From an uncultured Thermomicrobium sp. (lineage in GTDB: Bacteria; Chloroflexota; Chloroflexia; Thermomicrobiales; Thermomicrobiaceae), in the NCBI GenBank assembly GCA_938028665.1, contig CALIMB010000002.1:33258-97257 (forward strand): a stretch of DNA of 64,000 bases, given 5' to 3'. The notes under the pieces are model-generated. The model was not told the DNA's origin. It saw nothing but the letters and a program-made list of their open reading frames with translations, and ran no database searches. Position numbers and translations under genes: made by a program. Positions 45,066 to 54,466 of this stretch are shown here, in pieces (the stretch's first letter is position 1; each line of letters begins with the position of its first letter).

Positions 45066-46886
45066 TCACTGTTGCGCTACGGACCAGAGGCTGCCACCGG
45101 CATCGGCTGCGTAACCAATGACCTGCGGTGAGTTGGACACGCCAGCCAGAGCGACAATGGTGTGTCCGGGACACTGCGGCTCAAGACGTTGGAGATGGCC
45201 TTGGGTAGTGCAATGCCAGAGTGTTGTCCCAGTCGCGAGGAACCAACCAGTGCCTGCGTCATGGGAGAGTGCTGTGGTAGGGGAGGGGAGTCGAGCTATT
45301 GGAGTGATACGCGGTCGCTGCTGATATACGGTACGGATAAGCCAGACATCTTCGTCAGCGACGGCGAGGATGGCGTCACCGCTCGCTGACCAGGACAGGC
45401 GCAACAGGCTCGCCTCATCTAAGCCATGCGGCCAGCGGCGATGTGTCCACTGCTGTTCTCGGTTGTTCCAGAGGGAAAGTGTTGGGTGAGGATCGCGGGA
45501 GAGGATGGTCACCAGCGCGAGCATTTCCCCGTTAGGGGAGAGAGCAGCTCCGCGCACCACGGCGAGCTCGGTTGTCTTCAACTCGTTCCAGACAAGTCCT
45601 TTATCGAGTGAGTAGCAGATCCGTGCAATTGGTTCGTCCGTGTCCTCAACATCCTGGACGACGAAAAAGACGCGTTGGCCGTCATTGCTTGCCAGGAGCC
45701 AGGCTGCTTCGGAGATGTCCTCGAGCTGAAGCACCATCTGCCATTGCTCCAACTCCGTCGAGCGCAGGATTCCCTCCAGCGTTAAGGCGAAGACCGGGCC
45801 GGTTCTGCCCCCAGCCAGCTGCGCGAGTCCCAGATCGAGCTCGACCTGTGCCCATGTGTGCCCACCGTCGACTGAATGCGCGATCGTGCCCGAGTAGTCA
45901 GCGATCACGAGTTCAAGCCCGCTCTCGGCTGGACGGAGAAGCAAACCAACTGGCAGTCGTCCGTAGAGCCCAGCATTCCACTCTCGCCAGGCGCCCGACT
46001 GTGGTTCCCAGCAGAGACAGCCACGGGAGAGCGTACCAGCGACGACCTGTTGCTGGTTGGGAACAGCGAGACTTAACACATGGCTCGGTACTTCCGGGAG
46101 ACGTTCCCAGCTGTGCCCGCCATCCCACGAGCGCACGATAGTTCGGTCGATTGATGCGACCAGAACGGTTGCTTCAGGATCAGTTGCCAGCACATTGCAG
46201 GGCCCGTCGAGCGGGAGTGAGACGGGTTGCCAGGAGCAGCCAAGATCGTCAGAGCGGAAGAGGCCAAGTTCCCCGCCGATGAAAAGGCTCGTGCTGTGCT
46301 CGCCAGCGAGGATAGTGGCGCACTCGAGTGATCCGGGCGGGTGTGTGACCGGTCGCCAGGTGAAGCGACGCGAGCGGCTGATGTAGGTGGCGTCTGCCGT
46401 CACGAGCAATGCGAGGTGGTCTCGAGTAAAGCGTGGGGAAAGGGCCAGATCGACGAGCTCGGAGAATGCCGCGAGGCCTGCGTTGGCTGGTTGCCAGTCC
46501 GAGCCGCCGTTACGGGAGATAAGAACTCCATCCAGGCGATCGGCGACCACGACGAGGTGACCATCGGCTTGTACCGTGCGGATTGCTACAGTCAGTCCAG
46601 CGCCCAAGCAGTGCTGCCACGTCCCGTCCGCGTGCTGCCGGAAAATACCGTTGGGTGTGGCGATGTAGCGGTCTCCCCAGGGAGCAAGCGCCACCGGTTG
46701 TGCGAGTTCCAGCTGCACCCTGTCTGAGGGGTACTCGACCGGAGCCCAGACCGCACTTTCGGCTGTTGCCAAGAATGCACCACTCGCTGTTCCAGCAAGT
46801 ATGCTCCGGCCGTCGCTCGCGAGGGCGAGCACGGCACCTCCGGTCTCGCGTCGGAGCTCGCACCACACAAGATGAGGGGAAACCAT
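45066..46886 (-). CDS. cytoplasmic BNR/Ycf48-like beta-propeller repeat protein
   Basis: Repeats SRNGGSDWQP, SDDLGCSWQP, SWDGGHSWER, SVDGGHTWAQ, SLDKGLVWNE. No signal peptide. The start lies 18 nt after the cpn60-like stop, with a GAGAGGA SD. Confidence 0.75.
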   Translation of the reverse strand: MVSPHLVWCELRRETGGAVLALASDGRSILAGTASGAFLATAESAVWAPVEYPSDRVQLELAQPVALAPWGDRYIATPNGIFRQHADGTWQHCLGAGLTVAIRTVQADGHLVVVADRLDGVLISRNGGSDWQPANAGLAAFSELVDLALSPRFTRDHLALLVTADATYISRSRRFTWRPVTHPPGSLECATILAGEHSTSLFIGGELGLFRSDDLGCSWQPVSLPLDGPCNVLATDPEATVLVASIDRTIVRSWDGGHSWERLPEVPSHVLSLAVPNQQQVVAGTLSRGCLCWEPQSGAWREWNAGLYGRLPVGLLLRPAESGLELVIADYSGTIAHSVDGGHTWAQVELDLGLAQLAGGRTGPVFALTLEGILRSTELEQWQMVLQLEDISEAAWLLASNDGQRVFFVVQDVEDTDEPIARICYSLDKGLVWNELKTTELAVVRGAALSPNGEMLALVTILSRDPHPTLSLWNNREQQWTHRRWPHGLDEASLLRLSWSASGDAILAVADEDVWLIRTVYQQRPRITPIARLPSPTTALSHDAGTGWFLATGTTLWHCTTQGHLQRLEPQCPGHTIVALAGVSNSPQVIGYAADAGGSLWSVAQQ

Positions 46887-46904
46887 CGAACGAATCCTCT
46901 CGTT

Positions 46905-48521
46905 TCAGGGCTCGGCGCTGGCAGCCGGCCAGGTGCGGTGCACCAGCACGTCGGTGGTTAGGAAAGTGCGTCCGAGACTGAGTGAAGTCTCGACCGCTGC
47001 TTCGAGGACGCCGAGCGGATCAAGGAGCGCCGCTGACCACGGGTCAACCCACTGGTCAGCCAGAACATCGTAGACTAGGTTGGGCGCAACTTCTAGGCTC
47101 CGGTTGACAATCACGGCGGAATCGACCCCAGCATTGCGCGCAAGTGTTCGGAGTGGTTCGAGCAATGCCAAGCGAACGGCACGGAGCGCCGCACGTTCGT
47201 CGGATGGGAGGGAAAATTCCTGAGCGGCGAGCTGCCGCGCAGCGGCTGCGAAGCTTGCGCCGCCGCCGGGAACCAAGCCGGTGGCGAGTGCAGTCTGGAG
47301 TGTCCGGGCCAAGCTTTCGAGCGCAAGACACCGGTACTCCTGTTCGGTTGTTGTCGTGCCACCGACACGAAGGTGGAGAAAGACGCCGCGCAAGCGGCCG
47401 AGGCGCTCGCGCGCCCGGCGGCGGGCGGATTCGTCCTCAGCTGCAGCTAGTTCGGCCTCGGCAAGCGTAATACGTTGTTCGATCGCCGCTCGGTTGCCGC
47501 GTGCGCCTGCCAGCGCGAACGTCCACCGTGTCACCAGTGCCTGGCGCGCACTCCCAAGGTCAGCGTAGCGGGCTTGCTCGGGTCGATCACCAGCTGCTTG
47601 GAGAAAAGCATGTCCACCGGTGAGTGCTGCCAGATCTTCCAAAATGCGTGTCTGCTGGAGTCCTACCGAGGGAGCGGCAACGGCAGCGACCTGGTGCAGT
47701 ACGCCGCGTTCGATATTGGTGCGTAGGAGGGCGAGCGCTTGCCCACTGAGTTCGCTCGCCACAATCAGCAAGCGACGAACGCTGCGACGTGCACACTCCT
47801 CTAGAAGTGGGAGGAGTTGGGACGCCTGCTCGAGCTTCCAGTCGGTGAGCAGAATGCGTGGTTCGACCATCTGCAGTGTGGCGGTGTGCGGAAGGAGCAG
47901 TTCAGGTGCGAGGAGCCGAGTTTGCCAGTGGATGCCTTGGATGAGCTGCACTTGGACGTCGGGGCGATGATCTGGATCAACCAAGACGATCCCGTCTGGA
48001 CCGAGCGCCTCGAGGGTATCAAGGAGTTCATCTGCAGTTTGCGGTGAAAGGCAGAGAGGGGTAAGGAGACCTGCGAGCACTCGGAGATTGTCAACAGGAC
48101 GAGCCAGGGAGCGGAGCGTGTCGATGATCGTGTGGGCAGCGCGATCCAGTCCCTGACTGAGGAGGAGGGGGGAGTAACCAGCGGTCAGGAGGCGATCCAG
48201 TTCATGGAGTAAGCGAGATGCGAGGACAGCAGTGGTGGCAGTTCCGTCACCGGTACGGTCATAGACGCGCCAGACAGCGTGACGGAGGAGCATGGCACCG
48301 GCATTCTGGAAGGGGTCTGGCAAGCGGAAGGTGCGTCGAGCAATCAAGGCAGCACTCGCCAGCATTTCCGGGGGGCCTGCCTTGAGCATGCGATTGACGG
48401 CGACTATACGACCGGTCGGACCGAGAGTAGCACCGAGTAAGTGAGCGAACGTTGCGCACCCTGCGAGGAGGGGCGCACGTGCTGCTCTCTGGAAACGGAC
48501 GCGACCGGTCGACGAATGCAT
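46905..48521 (-). CDS. divergent GroEL/cpn60-family paralogue
   Basis: Collinear with GroEL: VRFQRAARAPLLAG..LGATLGPTGR, LPDPFQNAGAMLLRHAV, TGDGTATTAVLA, LVPGGGASF. It lacks the TKDG motif and the GGM tail. ATG 48521 is preceded by AGGGAG (ORF track lists 48596). Confidence 0.75.
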   Translation of the reverse strand: MHSSTGRVRFQRAARAPLLAGCATFAHLLGATLGPTGRIVAVNRMLKAGPPEMLASAALIARRTFRLPDPFQNAGAMLLRHAVWRVYDRTGDGTATTAVLASRLLHELDRLLTAGYSPLLLSQGLDRAAHTIIDTLRSLARPVDNLRVLAGLLTPLCLSPQTADELLDTLEALGPDGIVLVDPDHRPDVQVQLIQGIHWQTRLLAPELLLPHTATLQMVEPRILLTDWKLEQASQLLPLLEECARRSVRRLLIVASELSGQALALLRTNIERGVLHQVAAVAAPSVGLQQTRILEDLAALTGGHAFLQAAGDRPEQARYADLGSARQALVTRWTFALAGARGNRAAIEQRITLAEAELAAAEDESARRRARERLGRLRGVFLHLRVGGTTTTEQEYRCLALESLARTLQTALATGLVPGGGASFAAAARQLAAQEFSLPSDERAALRAVRLALLEPLRTLARNAGVDSAVIVNRSLEVAPNLVYDVLADQWVDPWSAALLDPLGVLEAAVETSLSLGRTFLTTDVLVHRTWPAASAEP

Positions 48522-48596
48522 AGGATCTCCCTGCGTGAATGCGCGGGGGACGTAGGCCTGTCCATCCCCCGCGCTCCAGTTGTGCTCAGGAAACAC

Positions 48597-50045
48597 TCAG
48601 GCACGATTTTCCGGCTTGCTCCAGATTTCCTGTGCTGCCTTGACAAAGTTGGACAGTGCCTCCTGCGGCGAGAGGCGTCGTACACAGAGGTCCTGCATCA
48701 TATCGCCGATGACGAACTTAGTTGCGAGCTCACCGAAGGCACCCAACGGTGGAGCAGCATAAGCCATGATTCGTCCGGTAGAAATGATCTTTTGATATTC
48801 GGCATAAAGTTCGTTCTTTTGCCAGAGATCGTGCTTGATCATCTCCTTCCAGCAGGGGATGAAGCGTCCCTTGAGCTGGTCATTGATATAGCTGGAGTAC
48901 CAGCCTGGCTCCATCAAGGCGAGGAGGCAGAGGCGGGCGTTGTCTCCGCCCTTGCCGTTCTTGAAAAGCCCTTCCGTCCAGACATCGACCTGCCCGAAGG
49001 AACCAGCGGGGCCGGCAGGGTAGCTATAAAAACGGGTCTTTTGAGCCAGTTCCGGCTTATTTTTCAGGAGCCAGTTATAGATACTTGTTGGATTAGAGGT
49101 AAGTACTAATTGTTCGCTCTGATAACCCTGGTTATTGCCGCCGTCATCCCAATTCACAGATCCGGGAGGAATGATCTGGTCCTCAAGATACATAGCTTGT
49201 ATGAGTGCAAGACAGTCGAGCCATGCCTTGTCGTTGGCCGTGACAGCGAGCGAGCCGTCCTCGTTCTGAAGTTTTCCGCCAAAGGTCCAGACCATACCCA
49301 GCGTATGATTGTTCGTGTCATTGATGCGGCTAAGAGTCATGCCGTAGTAGTAGAGCGGTGGTTTGGTGAGTGCTTTACCCTGCTGGCGGAACTCGTCCCA
49401 ATTTGCTGGGTACTTGAAGCCAGCTTGATCAAGAAGATCTTGCCGGGTATGGAAGGGCCAGGCGTTCACAGCCAAAGGCGTTGCCCACCAGCGGCCCTTG
49501 AACGTGCACGTGAGTTCAACCGGTTCCCAGACCCCGCCGTGTTGTTGGAGGAAGGGTGCCACAAGGTCAGTCACATCGTCAGTTTGCCCTTGTGCTCGCC
49601 AAAATTGGGTTTGATAATCATAGAGCCGGTAGATATCTGGTGGTGTGCCGGCTTGGACAGCAGCATTGAAGCGATTGTACCCTTGGGGGTTGTTGGGAAT
49701 TTCTTCAAACGAAATGGGAAAGCCATTCTTCTGCGCAACTTCCTCAAGGCGCTGTTTAATGAGGGCTGTCGTCTCAGGCAGGTAGTCAACAGTCTGCCAG
49801 ACCACAACCTCACGACCAGGGATGGGTGTGAGTGCTGGCCCGTGGGCTGCGACCGCGGTTGGGGTGGCAGCGGGTGCTGGCGTTGCAGCCGCGGCAGGGG
49901 TTGGTGAGGCAGCCGGTGCTGGGGTCGGGGTGGGTTGTGGTGCGGGCGTTGGTGTTGCTTGTCCACCGGCGCAGGCGGCAAGCGTCGTACCAAGCCCAGC
50001 CGCCAACATCGTCAAGAAGCGACGGCGGGAGAAATGGGTGCGCAT
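48597..50045 (-). CDS. sugar ABC transporter substrate-binding lipoprotein (SBP family 1)
   Basis: Tat/lipobox signal RRRFLTMLAAGLGTTLAAC, a Pro/Thr/Ala linker, and a family-1 SBP body. GGAGGAG SD. Confidence 0.85.
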   Translation of the reverse strand: MRTHFSRRRFLTMLAAGLGTTLAACAGGQATPTPAPQPTPTPAPAASPTPAAAATPAPAATPTAVAAHGPALTPIPGREVVVWQTVDYLPETTALIKQRLEEVAQKNGFPISFEEIPNNPQGYNRFNAAVQAGTPPDIYRLYDYQTQFWRAQGQTDDVTDLVAPFLQQHGGVWEPVELTCTFKGRWWATPLAVNAWPFHTRQDLLDQAGFKYPANWDEFRQQGKALTKPPLYYYGMTLSRINDTNNHTLGMVWTFGGKLQNEDGSLAVTANDKAWLDCLALIQAMYLEDQIIPPGSVNWDDGGNNQGYQSEQLVLTSNPTSIYNWLLKNKPELAQKTRFYSYPAGPAGSFGQVDVWTEGLFKNGKGGDNARLCLLALMEPGWYSSYINDQLKGRFIPCWKEMIKHDLWQKNELYAEYQKIISTGRIMAYAAPPLGAFGELATKFVIGDMMQDLCVRRLSPQEALSNFVKAAQEIWSKPENRA

Positions 50046-50063
50046 CGGTCTCCTCCTCTCAGA

Positions 50064-50963
50064 CTAGTCCTTGACCGCTCCGCTTGTCCAACCAGCAATG
50101 ACCCAGCGTTGACCAAAGAGATAGACCACAAGCGGTGGCAGCGACATGATCGTCGCGGCCGCCATCATCTGCCCCCAGTAGTACTGATCACCAACAACAT
50201 ACGCGGCGAGGCCGACTGGGGCAGTCATCACGGGCTGCTTTTGTAGCAAAACCAGTGCGTACAAAAATTCATTCCACGAGAGGGTAAAAGCGAAGACAGC
50301 AGCAACCACCAGGGCTGGTCCAGAAAGTGGGACCATAATCTGCCAGAGGATTTGCCAGCGGTTGGCTCCATCGATCAGAGCAGCTTCTTCAAGCTCGATT
50401 GGCAGTGTTCGGAAATAGCCCATCAGCATCCAGGTTGCGAACGGAACGGTGAAGGTCAAGTAGGCCAACGTGAGTCCAATGAGGTTGTCACGCAGTCCGA
50501 GTCGGCTCATCATGACGAAGATCGGGATAAAGAGAATGGTGCCCGGTGCAAGGTAGGCGTAGATAAGCAGCCGTGCGAGCACAGTGCGTCCAGCAAAGCG
50601 AAGGCGGGTGAGTGCATAGCCAGCCATTGCCCCGAGCAGGGTCGAAATGACAGTGGTTGCTAATGCGACCACTGCGCTGTTGCGAAACTGCTGCAGAAAT
50701 GGATAAGAAGGTCCAAGAATCTTCTCGTAATGCTCAAAAGTGAGAATGCGAGGAATGAGCGTAACTGTGGAACTAAAGAGGTCGACATCTGATCGAACTG
50801 AAGTTGCAAGTTGCCAGTAAACAGGAAATAGTGTCCACACTGAGAGAATGAGCAGTGCCGCATAGCCAAGTGCATAATAGCCACGATTGCGGTGAACCAA
50901 CCACCAGCGGAGGTTGCGCTCGGCTGGCCGAATACGCTCGATGGGACCAGCTACTTCAGCCAT
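50064..50963 (-). CDS. carbohydrate ABC transporter permease (MalG-like)
   Basis: Six TM helices and the EAA loop LEEAALIDGANRWQILWQIMVP. Confidence 0.9.
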   Translation of the reverse strand: MAEVAGPIERIRPAERNLRWWLVHRNRGYYALGYAALLILSVWTLFPVYWQLATSVRSDVDLFSSTVTLIPRILTFEHYEKILGPSYPFLQQFRNSAVVALATTVISTLLGAMAGYALTRLRFAGRTVLARLLIYAYLAPGTILFIPIFVMMSRLGLRDNLIGLTLAYLTFTVPFATWMLMGYFRTLPIELEEAALIDGANRWQILWQIMVPLSGPALVVAAVFAFTLSWNEFLYALVLLQKQPVMTAPVGLAAYVVGDQYYWGQMMAAATIMSLPPLVVYLFGQRWVIAGWTSGAVKD

Positions 50964-50967
50964 TGGC

Positions 50968-51933
50968 CTATCCTTCCTGTCGGAGCATCCGCCGTGTGAG
51001 GAAATAGATCAGAACAGCGAAGACCGGGAAAAAGACGAGCGGAATAGTGGCGGCAATTCCCAGATCATACGCCTGCATGCCCTCTTGATAGGCCAACAAC
51101 GGGAATGTCTGGGTTGCGTTGGCTGGACCGCCGTTGGTGATGACATAGACATATTGGATCGCATTGGACGTCCAGATGGCTGAAAGCATGACAGTCACGG
51201 TGATCACCGGTGTGAGGAGCGGGAGTGTGATGCGAACATATTGCTGCAAAGGTGTTGCGCCATCAATGGCAGCGGCCTCATAGAGCTCGCGTGGGATTGC
51301 CTGGAGTCCAGCGAGAAAGGTCATTGTCCAGAAGGGAGCACCTTGCCAGATCGCCGCAATCAGCACTGACCAGAGCGCCAACTTGGGATCGGCAAGGAAG
51401 AGAATGGGACGATCCACGAGGCCAAGGTTGGTCAAGAGCGTGTTGATGACGCCGTTGACGTCGTTGTACATCCAGCGCCACGTGAAGGCTGAGACAACTG
51501 CTGGAATTGCCCAGGGAACAAAGAGAAGGGTGCGCCAAAAGTGTCGGGCCCGTATCTGTGCATTGAGAATGAGCGCACTAACCATGCCGATCACAAACTT
51601 CCCAGCAAGGGCTCCGCCGGTGTAGAGGACAGTGACCTTCACACTATTCCAGAAGAGACCGTAGATCCGGCTGTCCCGGTCGAAGAGAAGCCGGGCGTAG
51701 TTGGCCAACCCAACAAATTGCCCTTGTCCACCAACTTTAATGTCCTGAAGTGAAAGCCAAAAGGCATAGCCCAGTGGATATGCAACCAGGCCGAACACAA
51801 CCAAACATGCGGGTAACGTCAGAGCATACCCAAGCCAAAAGTCGCGGCCAAGACGCGTTGGCCGAGCCCCTGCCCGAGCGCTGGTTCGTTCGACTGTGCG
51901 CAGCAGTGCCATGGTGTTCGGCCTTTCGAACAC
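50968..51933 (-). CDS. carbohydrate ABC transporter permease (MalF-like)
   Basis: Six TM helices and the EAA loop LYEAAAIDGATPLQQYVRITLP. Confidence 0.9.
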   Translation of the reverse strand: MFERPNTMALLRTVERTSARAGARPTRLGRDFWLGYALTLPACLVVFGLVAYPLGYAFWLSLQDIKVGGQGQFVGLANYARLLFDRDSRIYGLFWNSVKVTVLYTGGALAGKFVIGMVSALILNAQIRARHFWRTLLFVPWAIPAVVSAFTWRWMYNDVNGVINTLLTNLGLVDRPILFLADPKLALWSVLIAAIWQGAPFWTMTFLAGLQAIPRELYEAAAIDGATPLQQYVRITLPLLTPVITVTVMLSAIWTSNAIQYVYVITNGGPANATQTFPLLAYQEGMQAYDLGIAATIPLVFFPVFAVLIYFLTRRMLRQEG

Positions 51934-52359
51934 TCCGCGTCACGACGCGGATTCTCGTACTGAAGTTGCTACTACAGTAGCAGACATCTAGTGAGCATGC
52001 AAGTGGTCCACCGTTCTGCAGGGCGAGCAAGGGCTTGGCGACGGGTCTGCCCGTGGGTGGTGCGTTGCTTCACACCCCGCCAGGCAGTCGAGAGGGATGT
52101 CCAACGCACAAAGCGCGAACTCATGACGGGATTATGCAGGCCCAGCGCCAGCGCGCAGTCGACGAGAGACCAAGCCAACCAGAGTGCTGCCCCCTATCTC
52201 GCGGCTCTGGCGAGGGGAAAGCGTCGTTGTGTCGGTGCATGTCTGGCGAGCGTAAGACGAGTGTGGGGGGCTGAGGCACAGATCTCCGTTTCCAGTGGCA
52301 TCGGGTCCTCGCATACCATGCGCACCGGGCATGGGCGAAGGGCGGAGCAATGAATGTAG

Positions 52360-53152
52360 TCAGCGATGGATTCCCAGACTCTCTTGTGAAATCCACATCC
52401 GGGAATGTGTCACTTCAAGCTTAACACGATAACCCGCGATGGTGCAGCTTGCGAGCTTGCAGGAGTTAGTAGCGATGCTCTTCTTCGTATCGCAGAGATC
52501 GGTGCCGGAGTCGATGAGGTGAACGGGGTTGAGAAGCTGGTCCAGGGATGGCGACGTTGGAGAGGAGGGCTGGGGCGAGTTGGGAGAGGAGGAAACGGAT
52601 GGTGAAGTCGGTGGGAGTGTTGATTTGGGAGACGGTATTGAAAGAGATGTTGCGGGGCTATTGACGCCTTCGAGTCGGCTCATGATGCGCTGGAAGGTGA
52701 CTTGGACGGCTTTGGCCGTGAAGCGGCTGTCGTCATGCAATCGGACCGCTTGCCGGAGATAGTAGGTGCGTCCATCCGATGAGATCCCCCACTGCTGGGC
52801 AAGGCAGGGGAGGATGGTGGTTGGATTGTTTGGGCGAGCTTGCGCAAGGTCTGCAAGCAAGGTGCACCACACCACAGGTTCGTGCTCGTGGTGACTTGGG
52901 CTTGATGAAGGTCGAGATTGGCCGGGTCGCCAGGTAGGTCCATGCGGAGGATAGCCACGCCGGGCCGCTTCTCTCGTAGGGGTTGGCATCACCTCTATGA
53001 CGGCCGAAGAGAGCAATCGGGGTATGTGTCGGCTCAGGGATCCCGACGGTCGGTGTCGGCTGAGCTTGACCACGGCGACAGGCGACAAACAGCGCCGAAC
53101 CGAGCGTTCCTGTAGTGATTCCCAGGAAGGATCGTTGTGTCCATGGGCACAT
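52360..53152 (-). pseudogene. frameshifted and truncated family-5 (peptide/nickel) ABC substrate-binding protein gene
   Basis: Homologous pieces lie in three frames. They are the Tat/lipobox signal RSFLGITTGTLGSALFVAC; LRMDLPGDPANLDLHQAQVTTSTNLW; LAQQWGISSDGRTYYLRQAVRLHDDSRFTAKAVQVTFQRIM; INTPTDFTIRFLLSQLAPALLSNVAIPG; and KLASCTIAGYRVKLEV. The 300-aa ORF 52360..53262 is a chimera of one such piece plus junk. Confidence 0.65.
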
Positions 53153-54019
53153 GTCGTCCTGCTCTGTGTGGCGGATGTGGGTGCGCTCACTGCGTGCGGA
53201 TGCCGATTCGGCGATGAAATGATGAGACGGGGGTTGTCGAGATCTTCATTCCGCTCTAGCACTTTGGTCGTCGCGAGTCGGACGGTTGGAGTGAAGGTAG
53301 GGCAGGTGAGAGCTGGCGCCTTCGTTCCCTTCCTCTACTCTGCGACGACCAGAGCTCATCTTCGGCGACTTTCTCGGTTACGCGAACAGGTCGACGATTA
53401 CCCTGACGTCGGCTGCGTGATCGTGTACCGCGCGCTGATCAGGGCGGCAGGGAATGGGTCATCATAGAAGGAACACGAGTCAACCGAAGCGAGCGGCGAT
53501 ACGTGGATGCCCTGATGCCTTGGCTTGAGCGGCACTGTGCTGCAAGGGTTGACGACTTTGAGAAATATCACGCACTTTTGGATAGTGATTACGCTATAAT
53601 CAATAGGATGTATGATATTTAGACCTTTATCATAACACTGGTATCATATAATGACATAACCTATTATTGCTTATATAGCAAAATGATGCGCAAATCTGCT
53701 GCAGCACTAACGAAGATGATATCCCTACTGGCCACAAGAATGGTCGACAAAACAGCAGAAACGCGTGGGCTGATAAGGGCGGCGGGTAGCCTTCGCTGGA
53801 CGGATGCCGGTGTTTTCGGAGCAGAGGAGGTGCCGCTGACATCAGGTGAGGTCGTCGTTTGCTTTCGGTAGTTGCTTGAATCGCTTTGGGTCAACGTGTC
53901 TATACCGTACGTTCGTCTCCCTGTTGTATGTGCTCCTCTCTTCGCGTGATTTCTTTTCCGTTGTTGTGCTGCCTCTCGCTCCTGAGCAGTCAGGCGCTCA
54001 CCGATCAGGGGACGATGAT

Positions 54020-54451
54020 CTACTGGAGGATCGCCTGCAGCCGAGGCGATATCGCCGACCAGGCTATCCAGCGTGTGGGCCACGCAAGTTCGGCAAGCGA
54101 GGAGGCAAAGCGCACGACATCACTGTGCTGTGTTTGCAAAGCTATGGACGCTGCTTGCAGGAGTTGTTGTGCGTAATGGTCATCGGCTGGGCTGTTGGCA
54201 CGGATGTGCATTGTCCTGAGAAAAGGAACCAGCTCAGGGCTGATGAGTTCTCCTCCGCACCACCACGCCATCTTCTCCATATCGAAAGGGATGGTCAACC
54301 AAAGCTGCTGACGAGTTTCTTCAAATGCGGTGTTCTGTTGGTCATCGGCGCGTCCCTGAGCTGGCCGGCGAGGTGCACCGCAAGTTGCGGTGAGTAACCC
54401 AAGCCTGTCAGCTTCCAACGTCATTGTGAGCGGGCACTCGCCCCATGGCAT
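54020..54451 (-). CDS. hypothetical protein (no family recognised; may be decayed)
   Basis: 143-aa ORF starting 15 nt after the upstream stop. No SD. An overlapping ORF (53664..54083) in another frame hints at a frameshifted longer gene. Confidence 0.3.
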   Translation of the reverse strand: MPWGECPLTMTLEADRLGLLTATCGAPRRPAQGRADDQQNTAFEETRQQLWLTIPFDMEKMAWWCGGELISPELVPFLRTMHIRANSPADDHYAQQLLQAASIALQTQHSDVVRFASSLAELAWPTRWIAWSAISPRLQAILQ

Positions 54452-54466
54452 CGCGCCCAGTCGTTG

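Noticed and set aside
52360-53262. 300-aa ORF as an intact CDS
   Set aside because: Only its central ~70 aa resemble a substrate-binding protein. Flanking homologous pieces are in other frames, so it is part of a frameshifted pseudogene.
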